NCBI GenBank assembly: GCA_016432485.1
Contig: CP066691.1
Location: 11,348 to 75,347, forward strand
Reading direction: 5' to 3'
Length of the DNA: 64,000 bases
Origin: Candidatus Niyogibacteria bacterium
GTDB lineage: Bacteria; Patescibacteriota; Minisyncoccia; HO2-45-28
The notes under the pieces are model-generated. The model worked only from the letters and a program-made list of their open reading frames with translations. It did not search any database and had not been told where the DNA came from. Below are positions 46,568 through 56,177 of this stretch, in pieces (positions within the stretch are counted from its first letter, which is position 1; each line of letters opens with the position of its first letter). Position numbers and translations under genes: made by a program.

Positions 46568-47044
46568 ATGAATAATTTTCAAGACGCTGAATATTTGAGT
46601 CAGGAAGGTTTTGACCGCCTGAAAGCCGAATTAAAGAGCCTGAAGAATGAAAAAAGAAAGGAAATAGCGAGCCGTCTGGAATATGCCAAGGGACTCGGCG
46701 ATCTTTCCGAGAACTCCGAATACCACGAGGCCAAGGAGGCCCAGCTGGAAAATGAAGGCCGGATTGTTGAGTTGGAAGATGTGCTGGCGCGTTCGGTGAT
46801 TATGTCTAAAGCCCCCGCCAAAAATAACGTGGCCATAGGGTCAACCGTGGTTGTGGCTCGCGCCGGTTCTTCCGATTCTTTTACCTATATTCTTGTGGGG
46901 TCTGAAGAATCCAATCCCATTAAATCAAAAATATCTTACGGATCCCCTCTGGGGCGGGCTCTTTTGGGGCGTAAAAAAGGCGAGGAAGTTAAAGTTGTTG
47001 CTCCCAGGGGAGAGATAAAATATAAAATTCTTGATATAATGTAA
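46568..47044 (+). CDS. greA: Transcription elongation factor GreA
   Basis: YLSQEGFDRLKAEL...GDLSENSEYHEAKE coiled-coil plus C-terminal FKBP-like domain. Confidence 0.85.
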   Translation: MNNFQDAEYLSQEGFDRLKAELKSLKNEKRKEIASRLEYAKGLGDLSENSEYHEAKEAQLENEGRIVELEDVLARSVIMSKAPAKNNVAIGSTVVVARAGSSDSFTYILVGSEESNPIKSKISYGSPLGRALLGRKKGEEVKVVAPRGEIKYKILDIM

Positions 47045-47046
47045 AG

Positions 47047-48504
47047 ATGAGTCTTGATGAAATCAGGTCGGATAGACTGAATAAACTAGCAAAAATTAAA
47101 GCCGCCGGAATTGAGCCATATCCCGTCATAAGCTCGGGATTATTTGATTTAAGCAAGGTAAGGTCAGAATTTAACTCGCTCAAAAAGAAAAAATCGCTGA
47201 TTTTAAGCGGAAGAATTGTAGCTATGCGCGTCCACGGCGGGTCTATTTTTTGCGACATCTTTGACGGCCGCGATAAGTTTCAGGTTTATCTGAAAGAGGA
47301 CGATTTGGGTCGTAACTTCTCGCTTTTTTCGGAATTGGCCGACTCAGGAGATTTTTTTGAGTTCAAAGGCAGGCTTTTTTTAACCAAGAAAAAAGAAAAA
47401 ACCCTTTTGGTTTCCGGCTGGCGGATTTTAGCCAAAAGTTTAAGGCCGCTTCCCGAAAAATGGCATGGCCTGCAAGATGTTGAAGAAAGATACCGCCGGC
47501 GCTATCTGGATTTATTGTCAAATCCGGAAGTGCGCGAGCGTTTTGACAAGCGCACAAAGATTGTTACGGAAATCAGAAAATTTCTGGACAAGTTGGGGTT
47601 TCAGGAAGTTGAAACGCCGCTTTTGCACGCGCTTGCCGGAGGGGCCGCGGCCAAGCCCTTTAAAACCCACCATAACGCGCTGGACTACGAATTTTATCTG
47701 CGCATAGCTCCGGAACTTTATTTAAAAAGGCTGCTTATCGGCGGAATGGAAAAGCTTTATGAAATCGGGCGAAATTTCAGGAACGAAGGCGTTGACGTTT
47801 CTCATAATCCGGAATTCACGATGCTTGAACTTTACGAATCGTTTTCAGACGCGGAAAATCATCGGGATTTTGTTGAGAAACTTTTAAAACATTTGGTTAA
47901 AACCATAAATAAGTCCTTGATTGTCAAGTATCAGGGGAGTGAAATGAATTTCGGAAAAAAATTTGTCTCCATCACTTTTGAAGACGCTTTGAGCCGGTTT
48001 GCCCTGGTAAATAATTATAAAAAAATATCGGAAGAAGAATTAAAACTTAAAGCCAAACAGTTCGGCATAGAGCTGGAGCACGGAGATTTTAAGGCAAAAA
48101 TTGCCGATAAAATTTTTAAAAAGATTTGCCGTCCTAAAATAATACAGCCGACTTTTGTTTTGTATTATCCTTTGGAAATTTTGCCTTTGGCTAAAGAATC
48201 AGGCGAGTATCCGGGGATGGCAGATATGTATCAGTTAGTCATAGGCGGTTTGGAATTAGTTAAGGGTTTTTCGGAATTGAACAATCCTTCCGAACAGCGC
48301 CTGCGTTTTGAAGCGCAGGAAGAAATGCGTAAAGCAGGCGACCAGGAAGCAAGCCGAATGGACGAAGAATATCTTGAAGCAATGGAATACGGCATGCCTC
48401 CGGCGGCAGGTTTGGGCATGGGCATTGACCGTTTAGTTATGTTTTTGACTAATACCGCCAATATCCGCGAAGTCATCCTTTTTCCCACACTGCGTCCGGA
48501 ATAA
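47047..48504 (+). CDS. lysS: Lysine--tRNA ligase (class II)
   Basis: OB-fold N-terminal, motif 2 FRNEG...HNPEFTMLE, ELNNPSEQRLRF, motif 3 GLGMGIDRLVMFLT. Confidence 0.85.
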   Translation: MSLDEIRSDRLNKLAKIKAAGIEPYPVISSGLFDLSKVRSEFNSLKKKKSLILSGRIVAMRVHGGSIFCDIFDGRDKFQVYLKEDDLGRNFSLFSELADSGDFFEFKGRLFLTKKKEKTLLVSGWRILAKSLRPLPEKWHGLQDVEERYRRRYLDLLSNPEVRERFDKRTKIVTEIRKFLDKLGFQEVETPLLHALAGGAAAKPFKTHHNALDYEFYLRIAPELYLKRLLIGGMEKLYEIGRNFRNEGVDVSHNPEFTMLELYESFSDAENHRDFVEKLLKHLVKTINKSLIVKYQGSEMNFGKKFVSITFEDALSRFALVNNYKKISEEELKLKAKQFGIELEHGDFKAKIADKIFKKICRPKIIQPTFVLYYPLEILPLAKESGEYPGMADMYQLVIGGLELVKGFSELNNPSEQRLRFEAQEEMRKAGDQEASRMDEEYLEAMEYGMPPAAGLGMGIDRLVMFLTNTANIREVILFPTLRPE

Positions 48505-48535
48505 GTAAAATATTTAGGAAATTAAAATTAAAGAC

Positions 48536-48562
48536 GGGCTCCGACGATATTTGTCGGAGCCC
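48536..48562 (+). terminator. Terminator-like hairpin gggctccgac-gatatttg-tcggagccc after lysS (weak T-tract)
   Basis: Perfect 10-bp stem 30 nt after the lysS stop. Confidence 0.4.
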
Positions 48563-48731
48563 GTTCGGGTCTCTCGGTTCTCTCCTCTGTTATTTTGTTT
48601 ATCTCAGAAGATGTAGTCCGCCTCCAGCGGGTAGTCCTCCTGGGTGTTCTTGAGTCTCGCTGTGGGCGGGGCGAGCGTCGGAAACCGAGGGTGTCCGAGA
48701 CCGAGGGTCGGAACAATTTTGCCTCGGATAG

Positions 48732-48887
48732 TTATCCACAATAGAGGATTTGATTGTTTTTTAGAGTAAAGTGGTATAAAATTATATATAAGTGGTGAAT
48801 TGTGGATAAATCTGTGGATAGTGTGGATAAATACCGATATTGCCTACGAACGGAGTGAGTAGACGCAATATCGAGCGTTTATCCACC
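48732..48887. promoter_or_regulatory. Cluster of five DnaA boxes plus AT-rich tract (oriC-like or DnaA-regulated region) upstream of mraZ
   Basis: TTATCCACA at 48732-40. TGTGGATAA at 48801-09 and 48823-31. TGTGGATAG at 48814-22. TTATCCACC at 48879-87. AT-rich run aaagtggtataaaattatatataag at 48770-48795. Confidence 0.6.
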
Positions 48888-49032
48888 CTCACACCCAAAA
48901 ATCACGTATTATGTTCAATTTTTATGAATCATATTCAAGGAGAGAATTAAAAGCGACGCCCCCCAAGTTGTTTTTGGGTGTGAGGGTGCGCAATTTTACA
49001 ACCAAAATTTCTTCGCCTAACGGCTCGAAATT

Positions 49033-49482
49033 TTGGGAAAAATTGGCATGTTAATAGGCGAATTTCAGCACATATTGGACTCCAAAAAACGGGTGGCATT
49101 ACCTGCCAAATTAAGGCGTGAACTTGGTAAAAACGCCGTAATTACGCGCGGATTGGATAAATGCCTTTTTGTTTATCCTCTTAAAGAATGGGAAAAAGTC
49201 GCCGAAAAACTTTCAAATCTTCCGGTGGGGCAAGCCGCCAACAGAAGTTTCGTGCGTTTGTTTTTGGCCGGAGCGGCTTATGTTGAAACAGACCAACTCG
49301 GGCGCGTTTTGGTTCCGGACTATTTGAAAGAATACGCCGGCCTTTCGGAAAGAGTGGTAATAGCCGGCGTTTACAAGCGTTTGGAAATTTGGGACGCGAC
49401 CAGATGGGATAGTTATAAGCGGGAAATAGAAAAGCAGGCGGATGTTTTGGCGGAAAAACTCGGCGAGATCGGGGCCTACTAG
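49033..49482 (+). CDS. mraZ: Transcriptional regulator MraZ
   Basis: Tandem MraZ domains: GEFQHILDSKKRVALP and DQLGRVLVPDYL. Confidence 0.85.
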   Translation: MGKIGMLIGEFQHILDSKKRVALPAKLRRELGKNAVITRGLDKCLFVYPLKEWEKVAEKLSNLPVGQAANRSFVRLFLAGAAYVETDQLGRVLVPDYLKEYAGLSERVVIAGVYKRLEIWDATRWDSYKREIEKQADVLAEKLGEIGAY

Positions 49483-49485
49483 GGT

Positions 49486-50376
49486 ATGGTCCACATTCCT
49501 GTTCTTTTAAACGAAGCCATAAAATTTTTACAGCCGGAAAAAGGAGGGGCTTTTATTGACGCGACAGCCGACGGCGGAGGTCACACGAAAGAAATTTTAA
49601 AAAGAATGGCCCCAAATGCCATTCTGGTAGCCGTAGACAGAGACGCGAAAGCCATAAAAAATTTGCAAGAAAAATTCGCGCTCAAACGCCGTCTCAAAAC
49701 GGTTGCCGGAAATTTCAGAAATCTGAAAAAACTCGTCTCAAAATTTTCCAAGTCCTATGACGGCATACTTTTTGACCTGGGGATGAGTTCAAACCAGCTG
49801 GAAGCGTCGGGCAGGGGATTTTCATTTCAAAAAGACGAACCGCTTATTATGACCTTTGAATCAAGCCCTGAACCCGGCCAATTGACGGCGGCCGAGATTA
49901 TAAATACTTGGCCCGAAGAGAAGCTGGCTGAAATTTTTTGGAAATACGGCCAAGAACGCGATTCAAGGCGAATAGCCCGAATGATTGTTCAGGAAAGGAA
50001 GCGCTCAAGAATTTTAAGCTCCGCCCAATTGGCCGGACTGATAGGCGATTTTCGGAAAGCCAAATACTCCGGGATAAATCCCGCCACCAAAGTTTTTCAG
50101 GCCTTGAGAATCGCGGTTAACGACGAATTGCCGGCCCTTGAAGAAGGTTTGTCCGAGGCCTGGGATCTTTTGATTGAGGGCGGACGGATCGCGGTCATAT
50201 CTTTCCATTCTTTGGAAGACAGGATAGTGAAAAATTTTTTCAGAAACAAAAAAAATGAAGGCGTTGCCGAAATTTTAACCAAAAAACCTCTGCGCCCGGC
50301 GATTGAAGAAATAAAGCAAAACCCGCGTTCGCGTTCAGCTAAATTGCGCTCGGCTACTAAATTAAAAAATGAGTAA
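49486..50376 (+). CDS. rsmH: 16S rRNA (cytosine1402-N4)-methyltransferase RsmH (MraW)
   Basis: HIPVLLNE, DATADGGGHT, DLGMSSNQLE. Confidence 0.85.
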   Translation: MVHIPVLLNEAIKFLQPEKGGAFIDATADGGGHTKEILKRMAPNAILVAVDRDAKAIKNLQEKFALKRRLKTVAGNFRNLKKLVSKFSKSYDGILFDLGMSSNQLEASGRGFSFQKDEPLIMTFESSPEPGQLTAAEIINTWPEEKLAEIFWKYGQERDSRRIARMIVQERKRSRILSSAQLAGLIGDFRKAKYSGINPATKVFQALRIAVNDELPALEEGLSEAWDLLIEGGRIAVISFHSLEDRIVKNFFRNKKNEGVAEILTKKPLRPAIEEIKQNPRSRSAKLRSATKLKNE

Positions 50377-50701
50377 TTTTAAAAAAACAATTTTATATCC
50401 GTCATATTCAAGAACCGATGCCTTAAACTTCAGGGTCTTTTGGATTTCGGCCTTCTTTCTGGCGGCGTTTCTGCTGGTTTATATTTATTCCGTTTATCTG
50501 ACAATTGATTTATCATACGGAATAGAAAAAGAACTGCGGCTAATTAAAAGCGAAAGTATTGCTTATCAGCAAATTGAGGAACAGTATATCAATAAACTGG
50601 AAAGTCTTCAGGACGCGGGCCGCCAGACGCTTGGTTTGGCAGCGCCTAAGAAGCAATCTTTTGTAGAACGTTACAGCGCCGTGGCTCGGGCCGGATTATA
50701 A
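50369..50701 (+). CDS. ftsL: FtsL-like cell-division protein (single TM + coiled coil)
   Basis: Position between rsmH and ftsI. One TM (FWISAFFLAAFLLVYIYSVY) followed by a heptad-rich region. Confidence 0.5.
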   Translation: MSNFKKTILYPSYSRTDALNFRVFWISAFFLAAFLLVYIYSVYLTIDLSYGIEKELRLIKSESIAYQQIEEQYINKLESLQDAGRQTLGLAAPKKQSFVERYSAVARAGL

Positions 50702-50718
50702 ATTAAATTTCTAACGGG

Positions 50719-52431
50719 ATGAAATCGCAACTTGACGGCAGGATGCTTGCTGTTACATGTATCTTGAGCGTTTTCGGCTTGATTATCGTCAGCCGATTAT
50801 TTTTTCTGCAGGTCGTATCTCGCTCGTACTACCAAACTTTGGCCGAACGTCAGCATATATCTTCTAAGGACGCGAGCGTCCGGCGGGGCAATATTTACTT
50901 TCGTGAAAAAGACGGGGGCCTTTTTTCCGTAGCCACCGTCAAAAGCGGATATTTGGTTTACGTTGACCCCAGAAAAATAAAAGATGCGGAACTCGTTTAT
51001 GAAGCCTTGTTAAAATTTTTCCCGGAAATAGATCGGGAGGATTTTTTGAACCGCGCCTCTAAAAAAAATGACCCCTTTGAAATCGTAGCCAGGCGCGCGT
51101 CTTCCGAATTAGCTCAAAGCGTTTTAGAACTGGAACTTGCGGGCGTTGGCGTTTCGCCGGAGGAATGGCGGTTTTATCCGGCCAAGGAACTGGCTTCGTC
51201 AGTTGTCGGATTCGCGGGATATAAAGACGACGAAATTGTCGGCCGGTACGGCATTGAGTATTCTCAGGAAGATTTGCTGAAGGGCAGCGAAAATTATTTG
51301 CAGGGGCGCCGGACCCTTGCCGGAACTTTTCTTGATTGGGGGAAAAAAATTTTTCCGGGAGTAAAATCTTCGGGTAGCGTGGTTTTGACCATAGAACCGC
51401 AGGCGCAGTTTTTTTTGGAAAAGGTTTTGGACGACGCGTATAAGAAATGGAAAGTCCAGCGCGCGGGCGCGATTGTGATGGATCCGGCAACCGGCCGCAT
51501 TTTGGCCATGGCCGTTCGCCCGGCGTTTGACCCGAACCATTACGGTGAAGTTGAGTCTCTCGGCGTTTTCATTAATCCGATAACCGAACATATTTATGAG
51601 CTGGGCTCGGTTTTTAAACCCCTAACCATGGCCGCGGGTATTGATTTGGGAAAAATTTCTTCAAAGACTACTTATTTTGACCAAGGTTTTCTGGTTATTG
51701 ACGGTAAGCGCATAGAAAATTATGACGGCAAAGGACGCGGAACAGCTGATATGCAGCGGGTGTTGAGTGAATCTTTGAATACGGGCGCGGTTTTCGTTAT
51801 GCGTCAAATCGGGTCCGCGGCTTTGAAAGATTATTTCGGCCGCTTCGGCTTTGGGGGAAAAACCGGCATTGAACTTCCGGGCGAAGTTTCGGGAAGTTTG
51901 GCCAATTTTGAATCGGGCCGGGAAATAGAATCGGCGACGGCCGCTTTCGGGCAGGGAATCGCGGTTACGCCCATTGAATTTTTAAGAGCTATAAGTGTTC
52001 TGGCCAACGGGGGCAAGCTGGTCAGGCCTTTTATTGTTGACAGCATTTTATTTGACGGCGCCCCTGATGAAAAAACAGAACCTCAAATTATAGATGGCAT
52101 TATCAAGCCCGAAACTGCCGAAGAAATAACCAGAATGCTGGTCAAAGTGGTGGATGAAGCTTTGGTCGGCGGCGTTTTAAAAAACGCGCATTATTCCATT
52201 GCGGCCAAAACCGGAACGGCTCAGATGCCCAATGAGTCCGGCAGAGGATATTCCAACGATTATCTTCATGCTTTTTTCGGATACGGTCCGGCTTACAGCG
52301 CTCGTTTTGCCATAGTTATGTTTTTGGTCCGGCCTCAAGGGGCGCGCTACGCCTCCGAAACTTTGTCAGTGCCTTTTATTGAAACAATGAAATTTTTGCT
52401 AAACTATTATAATGTTCCTCCGGACAGATAA
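50719..52431 (+). CDS. ftsI: Peptidoglycan D,D-transpeptidase FtsI (PBP3-like)
   Basis: dcw-cluster position, SxxK SVFKPL, SxN SESLN, KTG KTGTAQ. Confidence 0.8.
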   Translation: MKSQLDGRMLAVTCILSVFGLIIVSRLFFLQVVSRSYYQTLAERQHISSKDASVRRGNIYFREKDGGLFSVATVKSGYLVYVDPRKIKDAELVYEALLKFFPEIDREDFLNRASKKNDPFEIVARRASSELAQSVLELELAGVGVSPEEWRFYPAKELASSVVGFAGYKDDEIVGRYGIEYSQEDLLKGSENYLQGRRTLAGTFLDWGKKIFPGVKSSGSVVLTIEPQAQFFLEKVLDDAYKKWKVQRAGAIVMDPATGRILAMAVRPAFDPNHYGEVESLGVFINPITEHIYELGSVFKPLTMAAGIDLGKISSKTTYFDQGFLVIDGKRIENYDGKGRGTADMQRVLSESLNTGAVFVMRQIGSAALKDYFGRFGFGGKTGIELPGEVSGSLANFESGREIESATAAFGQGIAVTPIEFLRAISVLANGGKLVRPFIVDSILFDGAPDEKTEPQIIDGIIKPETAEEITRMLVKVVDEALVGGVLKNAHYSIAAKTGTAQMPNESGRGYSNDYLHAFFGYGPAYSARFAIVMFLVRPQGARYASETLSVPFIETMKFLLNYYNVPPDR

Positions 52432-52464
52432 AATACCAAACACTAAATATTAAAGTTAAATTAG

Positions 52465-53763
52465 ATGAAACCATTTTTTAAATATATTATTATCGGTATT
52501 TTGGGACTGGAAGCACGGCTGATTATTAAAAAATATAAGCCCGAAATTATCGCTATTACCGGCAGTGTCGGCAAAACCTCGGCTAAGGAGGCGATATACG
52601 CTGTTTTATCCCAAAAATTTTCCGTAAGAAAAAGCGAGAAGAGCTACAATAGCGAGTTAGGCGTGCCTCTGACTTTGATAGGCGAATTAAACCCCTGGTA
52701 CTCCGCGTCCGGCTGGATGAAAGTCATTTTTAAAGGACTGGGGCTGATTTTTAAGAACGACCGTCTTTATCCGAAAAAAATAATAATTGAATTTGGCGCT
52801 GATAGGCCGGGTGATATCGCAAATCTGGCCGGTTTTTTAAAACCATCAATCGGAGTGGTTACGGCCATAGGCGAAATTCCGGTGCATGTTGAATTTTTTT
52901 CGGGGCCCGAAGAATTGGCTAAAGAAAAGGCAAAATTAATTGAGGGGCTTATGAGTTCCGGATGGGCGGTTTTAAACGGCGATGATTATGTTGTTTTGGA
53001 TATGGCTTCAAAAACCCGCGCGAATATTTTAACTTACGGTTTGGGCGCGGATTTAAAATTAAGGGCTTCGGAATACGTTTTGATGTATCGCGACGGCCTT
53101 AATATTCCCGAAGGTATTACCTTCAAGATGGATTATGAAGGGTCAAGCGTGCCGGTCAGAATCTTTAACACTTTTGGAAAACACAATGTTTATAGCGCTC
53201 TTGGCGGCGCGGCTTGCGGAATTATAAACGGAATGAATTTGGTGGAAATTGCCGAAGCGCTGGGCAAATATCAAAGTCCGCCGGGACGCCTTAAACTTAT
53301 TGAGGGCGAAAAGGGGACTTGGATTTTGGATGACACTTATAACGCCGCCCCCCAAGCTATGCACGCGGCCATAGACACCTTGCGGGATTTGCCCGCTAAA
53401 AGAAAAATAGCCGTCATTGGTGATATGCTGGAAATAGGAAAATTTACGATTCAATCGCATCAAAAAGTTGGGGACCAGCTTAAAGGTGTTGCTGATTTCC
53501 TCATTACAGTCGGGCCTCGGGCTAAATTTATAGCTCGGGAACTTTTAGACCACGGATTTGGCGAGAAAAATGTGATAAGCGTTTCCGATTCGTACGAAGC
53601 CGGCAAAGAATTGGAGAGTATCATTGAACCCGAAGACCTTATTTTGGTTAAAGGTTCTCAAGCTATGAGGATGGAGCGGGTGGTTGAAGAAATTATGGCT
53701 CATCCCGAAAAGAAATCCGAGCTGCTTGTCAGACAAGAGCCGGAGTGGTTAAATAAAACTTGA
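52465..53763 (+). CDS. murF: UDP-N-acetylmuramoyl-tripeptide--D-alanyl-D-alanine ligase
   Basis: Mur-ligase P-loop ITGSVGKTSAKE, YNSELGVPLTL, central and C-terminal Mur domains. Confidence 0.75.
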   Translation: MKPFFKYIIIGILGLEARLIIKKYKPEIIAITGSVGKTSAKEAIYAVLSQKFSVRKSEKSYNSELGVPLTLIGELNPWYSASGWMKVIFKGLGLIFKNDRLYPKKIIIEFGADRPGDIANLAGFLKPSIGVVTAIGEIPVHVEFFSGPEELAKEKAKLIEGLMSSGWAVLNGDDYVVLDMASKTRANILTYGLGADLKLRASEYVLMYRDGLNIPEGITFKMDYEGSSVPVRIFNTFGKHNVYSALGGAACGIINGMNLVEIAEALGKYQSPPGRLKLIEGEKGTWILDDTYNAAPQAMHAAIDTLRDLPAKRKIAVIGDMLEIGKFTIQSHQKVGDQLKGVADFLITVGPRAKFIARELLDHGFGEKNVISVSDSYEAGKELESIIEPEDLILVKGSQAMRMERVVEEIMAHPEKKSELLVRQEPEWLNKT

Positions 53764-53797
53764 AAGTTTAAAGGTTTAAAAGTTTCAGGGTTAAAAA

Positions 53798-53870
53798 GCC
53801 CCTATCGTCTAGTGGCCTAGGACGTCAGGTTCTCATCCTGGAAACCGGGGTTCGATTCCCCGTGGGGGCG
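53798..53870 (+). tRNA. tRNA-Glu (anticodon CUC)
   Basis: Acceptor GCCCCTA/TGGGGGC, D-arm TCTAGTGGCCTAGGA typical of tRNA-Glu, anticodon stem TCAGG/CCTGG with loop TTCTCAT, T-arm CGGGG-TTCGATT-CCCCG. Confidence 0.8.
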
Positions 53871-53889
53871 CGAGTAAGACGAAAAAGTA

Positions 53890-54909
53890 TTATAACTCCA
53901 TCAGAGCCAGAACTCCCTGGTCAAGGATGTATATTTTATTATTCAAAACGGTGAATTGCGGATTTTTGCCTTTGTAAATCGGCTGGATGTTGCGTGAGCC
54001 GCGGCCGTCAATTTCAGAGGCAAAAATTCCGTTCGCAAACGCGATTACAGCCAGGTCGCTTCTTTTTGGGAAAAAAGACGCTCCGCGGATCTGCGATTTC
54101 GTTTCAAAGACCAATTCGTCGGAAGAAGACAAAAAGTAAGGCAGGGGAGTTGCGAGCCAGTTAACCCAGACATTTTTATTGTCGTAGCGCATTTCCGCTT
54201 TTTGGCGGTAATCCAAAGCAGAGGCAGAATCCGGCTCTGCCAGCGCATCGTCTAATTTAGCGGATATTTTTTTGGCAGAGACCGATCTTTTTGAAAAATC
54301 AAAAGTCAAAGAAAGCGTTTTATTGTCAAAAAAAACTTCAGCCGAACCTTTTTTCCAGGAAACAATTTTTAAGGGACTTTCGCTTGTAAGCAATTTTTTG
54401 GAAACCGAAGTAGCCGGGCTTAAGAATTCATTTTCGGCCGGCAAATAAAAAGTCAGAGTATAAGCGTCGCCCTTTTTTTCTTCCAATAAAAGCAAAGAAT
54501 TATCGTTTGACGCCAAGAGCGATTCAAAGGGGCCGTTTAAGAGCATTTTGCCGTTTATATTTTGAGGAAGCATAAACGCCTTGGCTTCGGCTACCGCGCT
54601 TTCGGTCACAATAAGTTTTTTGGTCCACGGCCAGAATCCGTCTTTTGAAACCGCGACCGAATAAGTCCCCGGAGTCAGGTCTTGTATAAAAACCCCGCTT
54701 TGAAGAAAATTGGTGTTCTTAACAAATTTTCCGTTTAAATATACTTCGGCTCCGGCTTCTGGCACGGCGATAAAAAGTCCGCCGATTCTTTTTATTGTAA
54801 GGTCGGAAGTAAGCCGCCAGCCGGTGGTATAAAAAACTATGGGCGGAGCGATGATTAAAAAAACCAGCGTTGAAAGCCAGAATAATTTTCTGCGATTTTT
54901 AAGAGTCAT
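53890..54909 (-). CDS. PEGA-domain membrane-anchored protein
   Basis: N-terminal TM, then PEGA-like beta domain (VPEAGAEVYLNGKFV...TPGTYSVAVSKDGFWPW). Confidence 0.55.
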   Translation of the reverse strand: MTLKNRRKLFWLSTLVFLIIAPPIVFYTTGWRLTSDLTIKRIGGLFIAVPEAGAEVYLNGKFVKNTNFLQSGVFIQDLTPGTYSVAVSKDGFWPWTKKLIVTESAVAEAKAFMLPQNINGKMLLNGPFESLLASNDNSLLLLEEKKGDAYTLTFYLPAENEFLSPATSVSKKLLTSESPLKIVSWKKGSAEVFFDNKTLSLTFDFSKRSVSAKKISAKLDDALAEPDSASALDYRQKAEMRYDNKNVWVNWLATPLPYFLSSSDELVFETKSQIRGASFFPKRSDLAVIAFANGIFASEIDGRGSRNIQPIYKGKNPQFTVLNNKIYILDQGVLALMEL

Positions 54910-54932
54910 AATGTTATTGTATTATCGTAGTT

Positions 54933-55538
54933 ATGGCGCATAAAAGCAAGCTGATTATGGGAGTGGATGAAGCGGGACGCGGGCCGCTGGCCGGACCCGT
55001 GACGCTCGCGGCAATACTCTGTTCCCGTAAATCCGCGGCGATTTTTAAGGGAATTAAAGATTCTAAACACTTAAGCCCGAAAGCTCGAGAAAAATGGCTG
55101 AAAAAAATTAAAAATCATCCAGGAATTTTTTATGCCGCGACTTCGGTCGGTCCGTCAATCATAGACCGTTTTGGCATATCAAAAGCGATTAGAATCGCAA
55201 TCGCGCGGCTTTTGCGAAAATCGTTTGGCGGCGCGGCCGTAAAGAATGGGAGGTTTGGGGAGCAAACCCAGATTCTTCTTGACGGCAGTTTGAAGGCGCC
55301 CGCGATTTACACTCAAAAGACAATCATCAAAGGTGATGAGAAAATTCCGGTAATAGCCGCGGCCTCCGTGGTTGCTAAAGTTTCCAGAGACCGCAAAATG
55401 GTTCGTCTTGCCGGTTTATTCCCTCAATACGCTTTTGATATCCATAAAGGCTACGGCACGCGCCTGCATTATAAAATGCTTAAAAAACACGGCCCTTGTG
55501 AAATTCACAGAATTTCGTTTTTAAGCAATTTTTTATAA
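54933..55538 (+). CDS. rnhB: Ribonuclease HII
   Basis: GVDEAGRGPLAGPV active-site motif. Confidence 0.85.
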   Translation: MAHKSKLIMGVDEAGRGPLAGPVTLAAILCSRKSAAIFKGIKDSKHLSPKAREKWLKKIKNHPGIFYAATSVGPSIIDRFGISKAIRIAIARLLRKSFGGAAVKNGRFGEQTQILLDGSLKAPAIYTQKTIIKGDEKIPVIAAASVVAKVSRDRKMVRLAGLFPQYAFDIHKGYGTRLHYKMLKKHGPCEIHRISFLSNFL

Positions 55539-55539
55539 A

Positions 55540-55567
55540 AGTGTCCTGACTACGTATCATTTGACAA
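55540..55567 (+). promoter_or_regulatory. Sigma70-type promoter TTGACA-16-TATACT
   Basis: -35 at 55540-45 and -10 at 55562-67. It precedes a 95-nt leader and an AGGAGG RBS. Confidence 0.5.
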
Positions 55568-55668
55568 AAAAGTCATATCTGTTATACTCCGAATGGAATG
55601 GAGTTTTGGTTTGTCCGGAGCAAAGGCTTCGGGCGTTTGATAAAGTGAAATAACGAAGGAGGATGGAA

Positions 55669-56097
55669 ATGTCCTACGTCGCCTTAGCAGCTTTGTTTGC
55701 TGTTCTTAGCGTCATTTTTTATCTATTACCCGTATTTTCTAAAGACTCTTCATCGCGTCTTATTTCATTTTTTGTCGGTACAATATTTTTCGCGATGGCT
55801 TTAGCCGTTGCTCGTTTCATTGGTTTTGGCCATATAGGCGACATTCATTTACTTTATCAAGATGCCATATATAAAGTTGTGGGCACAGCGACAGACATTA
55901 CTGATTCGATGAAAGTCATTTTTGTGCGCGACCGAAAAGATCCCTCAAAACTTCTTGTTATACGCAGTGAAAAAAGTTTTCCAATCGGAGCTTTTGTGGA
56001 AGTTGTCGGGGTTCCCGGCTGTAAAAGCCAGAATAAGGGAGTGCTCTGCAAAGAACTTCGGCAGGCATTTCCGGCTCCTGCCGCAAAAAAGGAATAG
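55669..56097 (+). CDS. Hypothetical small membrane protein
   Basis: Two N-terminal TM helices plus a soluble C-terminal domain. The RBS AGGAGG sits 6 nt before the ATG at 55669. The ATG at 55663 is immediately adjacent to the RBS and unlikely to be the start. Confidence 0.45.
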   Translation: MSYVALAALFAVLSVIFYLLPVFSKDSSSRLISFFVGTIFFAMALAVARFIGFGHIGDIHLLYQDAIYKVVGTATDITDSMKVIFVRDRKDPSKLLVIRSEKSFPIGAFVEVVGVPGCKSQNKGVLCKELRQAFPAPAAKKE

Positions 56098-56109
56098 AAA
56101 TTTGTTTAA

Positions 56110-56143
56110 GGGCGCGATCTGAATATCGCGCCCTGATTCTTTT
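56110..56143 (+). terminator. Rho-independent terminator (gggcgcgat-ctgaat-atcgcgccc + T-tract)
   Basis: Perfect 9-bp GC stem followed by tgattctttt. Confidence 0.65.
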
Positions 56144-56170
56144 GACAGCGTTTTATCAATTATATATAAT
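56142..56170 (+). promoter_or_regulatory. Consensus sigma70 promoter TTGACA-17-TATAAT upstream of rpmF
   Basis: Exact consensus hexamers with a 17-nt spacer. Confidence 0.6.
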
Positions 56171-56177
56171 AAACTCA

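Noticed and set aside
48528-48716. 62-aa Arg-rich ORF (minus strand) in the GC-rich lysS-mraZ spacer
   Set aside because: The composition (about 25% Arg, many Thr/Ser/Pro) is characteristic of out-of-frame GC-rich DNA. The region is reported instead as a possible structured RNA and origin-flanking sequence.
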